This document shows, one piece after another, positions 36,290 to 45,375 of a stretch of DNA of 45,375 bases (the stretch's first letter is position 1; each line of letters begins with the position of its first letter). Under the pieces are notes generated by a model. The model was not told the origin of the DNA. It saw only the letters and a program-made list of their open reading frames with translations, and searched no databases. Origin of the DNA: Octopus bimaculoides (taxonomy: Eukaryota); assembly GCF_001194135.2 (NCBI RefSeq), contig NC_068995.1, forward strand, positions 25,626,646 to 25,672,020, in the 5' to 3' direction. A program made the translations under genes and the position numbers.

Positions 36290-36876
36290 CTTCTCGGTCT
36301 CCCGCTTATACATCAATGATAATTATAACTACGAAAGAAACATCAACACATATCAACGAGCGATGTTCCGTTAAAAAAGTAAACGCTGTAAAAACGAACC
36401 CATAACAAATGAGAAAGAACAGTGGACAGATAACCACAAATACTATGGAATAGCTGATTTATGATTTACAAACAATACTATGCAGCACTCCTCCAAAAAC
36501 ATACAAGAAACCACTCATACCGTGAATACCAAACAAAATTAGCAAAGCCCACATGTGCCACAGAAGGCTGATACGCGACAGAACACAACATGCGCTGCAC
36601 AAACAACACACAATACAAAACTAATACGACAGAATACTCAATACTAACCCCATAGCAAAACATACTGATACGATACAATATCCCTCCCCACCCAAAAAAT
36701 GCAGTATACACCACACTACTAGCACAAAGGTGCAACAAATGGTGCAACAGAAAGTTGCTTGAAACTATCAGATGTCGAAAAATAATAGTGGTGATGACGT
36801 TGGTGACCTTACGTTTATGAGAGACAGGAGTTTCAAAAGCACTCTGGTTGTAACAGCGAAAATGAATGTGGACCAT
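36290..36876 (-). pseudogene. Possible decayed rhodopsin-class GPCR (TM1-TM5)
   Basis: TNVITTIIFR..SSNFLL (TM1/2-like), C..SVVLVL..VQRML.VAYQP (TM3 ERY..P-like). After a frameshift: MWALLIL (TM4), IVCK (ECL2 Cys), ICPLFFLICY (TM5). Contains stops. Confidence 0.3.
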
Positions 36877-36989
36877 TAAGGGAAGGCCTCTCGCTCAGCA
36901 GTGGTTCAGTAAAGTTGCAGATTGGCCACAACTGTTATCCTAATACAGCATCAGCAAATAATTGAGTAAGAAGGAGGAAGTGGACCAGC

Positions 36990-37240
36990 AAAGAAAACAG
37001 GATAGTGAACCTAAAAGAAGGGGCTATAGAAAACGGATGTTAACACTTTGAGTAGAGAAGGGTATGTTTATATGGACTGAGCAGAGATTAGTCAATCAAG
37101 CTAATGCTATTAGGAGAAGAAAGTGGGTGACAGAATTAGTAGAAGAGACCGCAATAGAACTGTAAAAGAAAGACCAGGCATTAGGAAAGACAAATAACAG
37201 AATAAGAGATACAGCTCAAACTAAAGAAGAACCTAAAGGA
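36990..37240 (+). mobile_element. R4/Dong-type LINE N-terminal fragment
   Basis: GMFIWTEQRLVNQANAIRRRKWVTELVEE matches the EQRLxDQ..I...W..LE N-terminal motif of this clade. Confidence 0.55.
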
Positions 37241-37289
37241 AATAATAATACTAATAATAATACTAATAATAATATAGAAAAATCCGCAA

Positions 37290-38275
37290 GCTTCTGACTT
37301 GTAATAAGATGCACCATCCAAAGGCAGACGTGGATCGTCTTTACCTTCCCAGAGTTCAGGGAGGTCGAAGCTTGATCCAGCTTGAACTTACGTACAAAAC
37401 CACCTCAATCAGACTGGCCAAATACTTTGAAACAACCAATTATTGGATGCTGAAACGTGTTGAAAAACATGAAAGACCGAAAAAACTTCACTCTATTCTG
37501 AAAGAGAGCAAAAACTTCGCTACTGATCTCTTAGATACCCACCAGCTTGATCAGGTTGAAGGAAATGCGCCAACTGCTGCTGCAAAGAAAAGAAAATTAA
37601 TTGCAAAGACAAAAGCACATGAAAAATTAGCTAGCAGATGGGAANNNNNNNNNNTACGAAGCTCAGGACTAAAAGCAGAGAGTGAAGGTTTCATATTAGC
37701 TGCTCAAGACCAAAGTTTATTGACCCGGAACTACCAAGCCAATGTGATGAAAATTGGAGCTGACCCAAAATGCCGATTCTGTAACGATGATATTGAAACT
37801 ATAGACCACCTAATCTCAGAATGTAGAGTCTTAGCACCTGTAGAATATAAAGCAAGACGTGACAGAGTCGGCCAGTATTTACACTGGACAATATGTCGGC
37901 ATTATAAAATTAGAACCGCTGACAAATGGTATAAACACCATCCTGAAGCTATGACTGATGGAGAAAATGTATCGATTCTCTGAGACTTCCCCGTACATAC
38001 CGACAAAACTATAAAAGCTAATAAACCGGATATTATTATAAAAGATCAGACAAAAAAGGTGTGTTTATTAATTGACATGAGTATGCTTTGCGATCACAAT
38101 ATAGCGGCAAAAGCATTTGACAAGATCAGTAAATATAAAGACTTGCTAATAGAAATTGAAAAAATGTGGCATCTCAAGGTGACTACCGTACCAGTGATTG
38201 TAGGATCTCTAGGAATGATAAAAAAAGGTACTGAAACCTATTTGAAAATGATACCAGGCTTACCACCAGCGACTA
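37290..38275 (+). mobile_element. R4/Dong-type LINE 3' fragment (thumb, CCHC knuckle, REL endonuclease)
   Basis: HPKADVDRLYLPRVQGGR, ESEGFILAAQDQ, CRFC..ETIDHLISEC, KPDIII..LIDMS, KYKDL..EI, VPVIVGSLG. Confidence 0.92.
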
Positions 38276-38279
38276 AGTG

Positions 38280-38770
38280 AGGAAGATCAGAAGATATTAG
38301 ATGAGATGCAGGAAGTAATGAGTAAAGAAGTAAGAAAAAGATTGCCAGCATTAAAAGGCCCCAACAGAAGAAAGCTGTTAGAAATTACTAGGAAAGCGAA
38401 TTCTGCTATCAGTAGGATAGACACTAAAAGCATAGGAGACACTAACTTATTGATCTATGCAGAAGAGGCAGTAGTCACTAGAAGATTAGATATCTCACAG
38501 GGAAAGATTTAAAAAGACCAAATGTGGAAAAGGAGACTACAAAATAAAAGTGAAGACTTGAAGACTAGATCTGAGTAGAATAGAAGCCTGGAAAGTGAAC
38601 AAGCTAGGAAACACAAGATGCAAATCTTCCTTTGAGAAAAGATACTTAGTCAAAGAGAAAGGATTTGGGACAGTAATAGAAGAGTTGAAACAATGAAACA
38701 TCGTATCATAGCAGTAGCAGTTAAGCTCTCCAGATATCAGAAAAGAATAAATCAGTGTCAACCCAACTAT
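38280..38770 (+). mobile_element. R4/Dong-type LINE N-terminal fragment, continuing 36990-37240
   Basis: RLPALK..KLL..KANSAI..IDTKSIGDTNLLIYA..VV. Homologous to the 42152-42400 region of the minus-strand copy. Confidence 0.65.
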
Positions 38771-38774
38771 CGGT

Positions 38775-39030
38775 TGAGTCCATTGTGAAAATCGTCCCGC
38801 CATCTTCCTTTAGCCGGGAAGGGAAAGCAGTGTTTCTTTTCCTGATGGCTATGGCGAAAGAGGTTGTGTGGTGGACCAGATTCAAAAGGTTGAAGACAGA
38901 TACTTTCCACTTTGGCTAAAACCTCATCAACTTTTTCAAGTTTTACTTGAAAAATAAAGTGAGGGCAAAGAGTGGAGTTCTGCCTCCTAGCAATTTTGTT
39001 AAAAGGAATGTGAATGTTATAAGAGTGGTC
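38775..39030 (-). mobile_element. Possible RTE LINE 3' end remnant
   Basis: IARRQ..PH..KLEK..AKVE..GRWR resembles the RTE C-terminus IRKRQ..GH..KLE..GKxEG..RWR. Confidence 0.3.
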
Positions 39031-39290
39031 CAATCGGATAGACCTACTCTGTACATGCGCCTATAGGCGATGAGGAGAGGACACTTGCTAGTGGTCAGGG
39101 CCTCCGTGGTTCTATGCGGTTTCTACGAGCAGCTCTAGGAAGTCTTCCTCATTTGGGGAATTTTTCGTTGTTAAAATTTATTTTGTTATAGTTTTCGCTT
39201 TTTACACGCTTCATTTTATGCAACCCGACAGTATATTGTCTTGTACCGTCTCCAATATTTTTCTGAATATTTAGTGGTTAATATAGAAAA

Positions 39291-39298
39291 CATTATTA

Positions 39299-39370
<72 letters not shown>
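39291..39370. repeat. (TTA)n tract, read as the (TAA)n tail/target of the adjacent LINE
   Basis: Seen directly; abuts the 3' end of the minus-strand R4/Dong copy. Confidence 0.9.
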
Positions 39371-39372
<2 letters not shown>

Positions 39373-42300
39373 TTTGCACAGCTTCTAACGCTGGAGATGT
39401 ATTACAATGTCAGCTGTTCACTACCAGCGAACTAAGGTAATACCTCTTATTTTTCGAGCACCTTCCAGAGTATTCGAGCGGTTCCAAGCAGTGCTGTTTT
39501 CTGAAAGTGCTCCACCCTTATTGCAGCCCCTATTTGTTCCACGTACGTCTCGAGATTTTTGCTCACTGTTCCCAAAGCTCAGAAAAATATTGGTCCTTTT
39601 GCTACCTTTTTCATCGACCACAACTGCTGAACTTCCCAAGCTAACCTGTTATATCTCTCGACTTTTCTTTCTTCCTTATTGTCAGCTTTCTACCTTGTTG
39701 TCAGCTGGGCATGCTATATCTATGATCCAGCATAGCTTGTTTTCTTTCTCAATCAAGACTAAATCCGGTTTCCTATTCTCTTTTTCATGGTCGAACTAAA
39801 TCATAAAATCCCATAGGATCTTTGCATTTCCATTTTCGACGATGCCTTCAGGTTTGTTGTCTTACCAATTTTTTGTTCTGTCAAGTCCATACTTGTTGCA
39901 AAGTGTCCAATGGATGAGCCTGGCTATATTGTCATGGCGTTTCATATAATCCTTCTGAGCTAGTGGCGTACATTGGCTGGTAATATGCCATATAGTTTCA
40001 CCGTTTTGTTCACAGATTCTGCACTTATCACTTTCTGATGTGTTGTCTATTCTGTATTTTATGTAGTTTGTTCTTAGTGCTTGCTCTTAGGCAGCACAGA
40101 TTAGAGCCTCCGTTTTCGATTTTAAATCACTTTTTGTCATCCATAGCCATATTTTTTCTGTATGTCTGTCTTATCTTCAACATCCCTATGAAATTGAAAT
40201 TCTCCATGCATTCTTTTCTTTACTCATCTATTTTCAGTTCCATTCGTTTCCAATTTCTTGTATAGTGCTTTATATTTGCAATCTTTCATCCTACACAAGC
40301 CTGACATTCTAATGATAATGGTTCTGTGGCATTTTTTACATACCATGCTATGTTGTTTTCTTCTGCTCTAATGCTGTGTTCGCTTCCAATAAGTCCTCTC
40401 CCACCTCTTTTCTTGGTACATACAGTCTGTCTGTGTCACTTTTTGGGTGGAGTGACCTATATCTAGTGAACAACTTCCTTGTCTTTCTGTCTAAGCTGTT
40501 TAGCTCGTCTACTGTCCATGCGATTCCCCTGCTCCATATCTAAGGAGAGAAACCGCCCAGGTGTTGATAGCTTCAATCTTATTCCGTCCGTTTAATTTCG
40601 ACTTAAGGATCAGTCTCAATCTGCGCAAGTACTCCACCTTAAATTTTTCTGTCATTTCTTTCTCCATCAATTTATCCATTTCCAAAATCCCCAAGTACTT
40701 ATAGCCCGTCTCTTCTATCAGCTTCATAACCTCCCCCGACGGTATTGATAGCCCGTCCATGTATTTGATTTTGCCTCTCTTCAAGACTAACACGCCACAC
40801 TTTCTCAATCCGAACCCCATTCTGATAACAGCACTGAAATTATACACTGCATCAACGAGGGAACTGACTAGGGCTTCATATTTACCATAAAGTTTGAGGT
40901 CATCCATGAATAAAAAATTGTTGACTTTTTCTTGGCGGATTTTGAATACATACCCAGCTTTTGCTTTCCTCAGAATCAGTGGCAGTGATATCAAGCACAA
41001 TACAAAGATCAGTGGTATCAAGCACAGTACAAAGATCAGTGAAGACAGGCAGCCCCTTGGAAAAAGCCCTTCCTAATTTCTACTGTCCCTAAACTTCTGT
41101 ATGCTGTCAGGTCCGTCCTCCAATTCGCCATACTTTTTCCAAGCAATTGCTCAACATTCGATGCAATACCAAATAGGTTCATACACTCCATAATCCAAGT
41201 ATGTGGGATCATATCGCACGCCTTACGATAGTCGATCCATGACATGGCTAAGTTACTCACTTCCTCCTGCAGTCTCTAAGTACAGTTTTGTCTATCAGGA
41301 GTTGATCCTTGATGCCTCTGCACTTACGCTTGCAACCCTTCTGCTCATGTAGCAGGACCCCATTTTTTCCAGATGTTCGTACATTGAGTCTGCGAATATT
41401 CTAGTCAATAACTCCCACATAAGTGGCAAACAGGATATCGACCTGTAATTGTCTACCGTATTGCCTTTTTCGATGCTTTTTCAGGCACAGCACTGTCCTA
41501 TCCAGTGTCAACCACTCTGGTGTTACTTGGTCGGCATTTGACAAGTTGTTGAGCTGCGCAACTATTCGTGCATGACATTCACCAAATCTTTTGATCCAGT
41601 AGCCTTGAACTCCATCTGGTCCCGAGGCCTTCCAAATACTCATTTTTTCTTTTTTTTTTTTTCTTTTCTTTTTTTTCTTTTTTTTTTTGCTGATTTCCTT
41701 CACTTCCCTAACTGAAATTACTAGTTATGCCTGTTTTGGACAGACTACTTTTCTTTGCTGTAGATGTCACTCCAAAACGATTGACTTTCAATGTTATCTG
41801 GTATCAACTTTTCATCTGTACATCCTCCATTTATTTCTTTATAGAATCTCTTCTGATCTACTCTGAATAACCTATTCTGGTGGTAACCCTTCAATCTTTG
41901 GTCGTATCTTACCATCTTTGCTTTCTTTGCAACGTGGCGCTGCCTCAGTTCCTCCATTACCACTTTCATGCCCTTTCTTTCAATATTATACTTCCTTTTC
42001 AGTGCCCTGTATTTTTGTTCGCTTTTAAGCTCCCCTTTCTCTTTTCGGTCTAACACAGAAATTTCCTTCGAGAGAATATCTAACCCTGCCTGTATTCTTC
42101 TTTTCCACCATGGGTCTTTTCTTTTTGTCACTCCCATTATGTTTCTTTTTCTTAACATCGACACCCACATTTTCTGCTACTTGCTGCCTTGATCGAATTA
42201 TTTGTTTCTGTGATGTTGTTTGTTCTGATGTATTTCAGAATTTCATTGACATTTTCCGTTTCTTGGTTCAATTTCCATCGATCAACCTTTTTAAGGTTGC

Positions 42301-42900
42301 AAATAATGTCGCTATCGTTCTCCTGTAGTCTTACCTTTAATCTGTCGTAGATTGCCTTCTGTTCATCTGCCATGTCGCTATTAGCTTTATTGTCTTCTTT
42401 TAGATCATCTATATGTCTCTCATCAAGTAAACTACCACTGCTCCTTTCCTGTGCTATGGGATTACTCTTATTAGTAAGAACTATATTTTCATTGTTATCT
42501 CTGCAGCTATTTTCCATGACCCATTTTTGATAGCTTCGAGTTCTACTTCTGTGAACCAAGGTAGGAATACATAGTCTTGGTCAGTCAGGATTTTGAGAAA
42601 AAAGACGAAACGAAATTCTAATGAACGATATCCCTTCACGTCGAGAAGGAGTTATATGCCATTGATCAGCTCTAGCGGCGCCCGGAACGGGTTAGCAAAT
42701 GCACGCTTTTTGTTCGCAGATCGACAAGCGGGGAATTCCATGTTTTTAGCAAGAATTTCCGCTGATTGAGAGCACCGACTAAACATCTCACTTTTGGGGT
42801 TTAAGGCCCCCCTCTCCTACCAGGTCTAGCGGGTTCTTCAGGATCCTCGCTCTCTCGGCCAAAGAAATTTAACATCGTCTGCTCCCGTTAAGGTACGGTC
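39371..42900 (-). mobile_element. Near full-length, decayed R4/Dong-clade REL-endonuclease LINE
   Basis: In order: N-terminus (WFTEVELE, TNNITETN, DPWWKRR, QNRLF..DQKRFYKEI), RT (WKASGPDGVQGYWIK, WIDYRKACD, FLFMDDLKLY at 40899-40910, YKYLG), CCHC (CRICE..ETIWHITSQC), REL (KPDLV..IIDIAC), then (TAA)n tail. The 5' boundary is approximate. Confidence 0.92.
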
Positions 42901-43081
42901 CAGTTTGTTCTCGGACGTCCCATTTAATTTTCTATGGCGTAACCTCTTCTTTAAACGTCATACGTAGGTGGCGTATATATATAAGTATGCATAGTGTATA
43001 TTATATATAGTATTGTTTAACTTTTAATATGACTCTTTCTTTCTTTCTCTCTCGCTCTGTCTGTCTGTCTGTCTGTCTGTT

Positions 43082-43126
<45 letters not shown>

Positions 43127-43167
43127 GTGTATGTGTTTGTATTTACACACACACACANNNNNNNNNN

Positions 43168-43205
<38 letters not shown>

Positions 43206-43376
43206 GTGTCTCTTGTGCGTACAAAAAGTGCTCCACGTAGATTATCATCTTCCAATCTGCTTACAGAATACAGGTTGAGCAACTATTATACCTGGTAGCA
43301 TTACTTGTTATGATATACAGGACAAATGTTTGAGAAATCACTTTAAACACAAGTTTATATCATTTGTTCCTACGTA

Positions 43377-43539
43377 GGCGCTGGCGTGGCTTTGTGGTAA
43401 AAAGCTTGCTTCCCAACCACATGATCCCGGATTCACTTCCACTGCGTGGCACCTTCAGCAAGTGTCTTCCACTATAGTTTCGAGCCGACCAAAGCCTTCT
43501 CAATGGATTTGGTGGACGGAGACTGAAAGAAGCCCGTCG

Positions 43540-43591
<52 letters not shown>

Positions 43592-43792
43592 TATTTGTAT
43601 GTCTGTTTGTCCTCCCACCATCGCTTGACAACTGATGTTGGTGTGTTTACGTCTGCGTAACTTAACAATCCGGCTAAAGTTACCGATAGAATAGGTAATA
43701 GGCTTACAAAGAATAAGTTCAGGGTTCGATTTCGTCGACTAAGAGGCGGTGCTCCAGCATGGCCGCATTTAAATGACTGAAATAAGTAAAAG
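43377..43792 (+). mobile_element. tRNA-derived octopus SINE with internal (TG)n
   Basis: tRNA-like head (GGCGTGGC..GTGGT...GGATTCACTTCC), conserved central domain GCAAGTGTCTTC..GAAAGAAGCCCGTCG, (TG)n, then a GGTGCTCCAGCATGGCCGC..AAGTAAAA tail. Confidence 0.85.
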
Positions 43793-43890
43793 TACGTTTT
43801 ACTATTGCAGCTGTATAGAACTCTGCACACCCCATTGAATCTGAATTTAGATTATATTATACCTGCAAATGAGTAAACTTGCTAGCCACC

Positions 43891-44060
43891 TTATTATTAC
43901 CTCCACCTTAGCGAAGGCGGAAGTATTGTTTTCAGCCGTGTTTGTTTGTTTGTTTGTCCGTGGACAAGATATCTCAAGAACCGCGGGATGGATTCGGATG
44001 AAACTTTNNNNNNNNNNGGTACCGGACAAGAATTCTCAATTTTTTTTAAATATTTTCTTT
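43891..44060 (+). mobile_element. Helentron-associated (DINE-1/HINE-like) element 5' end
   Basis: TTATTACCTCC(A)CCTTAGCGAAGG(C)GGAAG hairpin, then (TTTG)n and GATATCTCAAGAACC..GGATTCGGATGAAACTT. Confidence 0.6.
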
Positions 44061-45104
44061 ACTTTACATGTATATGTAAAGTTTCACATAGTTCTCATGT
44101 ACACGCGTTCACATATACACATATACTCACACATTTTCAGCGTTGAACATTACCATCTCATTTCCATTGTACATGCGCGCACACAGACACACAGACACAC
44201 ACACACACACACACACATACACACATACACATACACATACACATCCACGCAAACGTACCTCTCTTTTACACACACATATACTCACACTTCAAACGCCGTT
44301 TATCGGCTTTTTCACTCCTTTCTTCGTTATTCATCTATCACCCCTTCCTTTTTCATTCATACGACGCTGTCTTTACCATTCATCTCCTCTGCTTTTGCCT
44401 CTCACTCTGGCTCTATTATATATATATANNNNNNNNNNNNNNNNNNNNNNNNNNNNNNNNNNNNNNNNNNNNNNNNNNNNNNNNNNNNNNNNNNNNNNNN
44501 NNNNNNNNNNNNNNNNNNNNNNNNNNNNNNNNNNNNNNNNNNNNNNNNNNNNNNNNNNNNNNNNNNNNNNNNNNNNNNNNNNNNNNNNNNNNNNNNNNNN
44601 NNNNNNNNNNNNNNNNNNNNNNNNNNNNNNNNNNNNNNNNNNNNNNNNNTATATATGGAGTAAAATTTTTTGGAGAGATCCAAGGGAACAATTACAAGGT
44701 AGCTAAAAGTTGCTTAAGTGAGAATTTTCAAATGCATCCATTGGACAAAGCACACGTTCAGTAATTTCAAATAATATCTACCCGAAACCTAGTAATATTT
44801 AATGCAAACCTCTTTGCCATATTCCTCAATCTTATTCCCCTTAATCTTTACACTCCCTTTTAACTTTTTTTTGTTTATCAGTGTCCACAATTGTATATGT
44901 GCTTAGAAGTGTGAGTATGGTTGTATTGTAGTGTGTAAATGTCTATCAATGTTTTGGGGTGTGTGTTCTTTCCTATATGTGCAAGTCCTGTAAAACATAC
45001 TTAGGTATCTGTATGCGTCTAGCTATATGCTTTTGAGAGTTATCGTAAGTTTACAAATCTGATTTAGCATTTTTTTTTAGTCCTTTGTAACAAATTCTTT
45101 CCGT

Positions 45105-45335
45105 TACCTCTTACTCTTTTACTCTTTTACTTGCTTCAGTCATTTGACTGTGGCCATGCTGGAGCACCGCCTTTAGTCGAGCAAATCGACCCCAGGACTT
45201 ATTCTTTGTAAGCCTAGTACTTATTCTATCGCCCGCTTTTGCCGAACCGCTAAGTTACGGGGACGTAAACACACCAGCATCGGTTGTCTAGCGATGTTGG
45301 GGGGGGGGACAAACAAAGAAACACAAACACACATA
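45105..45335 (-). mobile_element. SINE 3' half (same family as 43377-43792)
   Basis: Reverse complement of the SINE tail, with (TTTTACTC)n terminal repeats. Confidence 0.85.
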
Positions 45336-45375
45336 CACACACACATATATATATACATATACATATATACGACGG

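Noticed and set aside
36478-36876. Mitochondrial ND4 NUMT interpretation (SVAHVG resembles SSVAHMG)
   Set aside because: Motif spacing differs from ND4 by 10-20 aa and the other conserved ND4 motifs are absent.
38843-38890. CTGATGGCTATGGCGAAAG hammerhead-like string
   Set aside because: A9 is missing and there is no compatible stem III or stem I.
40985-41045. 26-bp tandem duplication and the poly-T insertion at 41642-41690 inside the R4/Dong ORF
   Set aside because: Ordinary post-insertion decay of a dead element.
42600-42900. Possible HDV-like or hammerhead ribozyme in the 5' region of the R4/Dong element
   Set aside because: CTGAAGA and TTCACGT/TTCTCGA motifs exist, but I could not assemble the required stems by eye. 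A covariance-model search is needed.

Overview
Animal non-coding, repeat-dominated DNA from a gappy draft assembly with about 11 N-runs, most flanked by (TA)n, (TG)n or (CT)n. The SINE families and microsatellite load strongly resemble octopus (cephalopod) genomes; this is inference. I found no intact host gene, tRNA or rRNA gene. The window contains two decayed Penelope-like retroelements (PLEs): one at 12.3-14.2 kb (minus) with an unusually expanded RT, and a Neptune-like RT+GIY-YIG copy at 17.5-18.95 kb. It also has a cluster of R4/Dong-type REL-endonuclease LINEs (36.9-42.9 kb), several RTE-LINE fragments, tRNA-derived SINEs (one a dimer with a 12-bp TSD), Helentron-associated (DINE-1-like) pieces and many foldback repeats. 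The most striking unannotated signal is a set of minimal type I hammerhead ribozyme motifs (CUGANGA...GAAA-hexamer-UA). Six have complete cores (three clean, three partly degenerate) and several more are decayed. Their stem III hexamers differ but stay (near-)palindromic, and they often sit back-to-back in inverted repeats. Other leads: a head-to-head (TTAGGG)n/(CCCTAA)n foldback, a CpG-rich Arg/Cys-rich frameshifted ORF, and a possible rhodopsin-class GPCR pseudogene.
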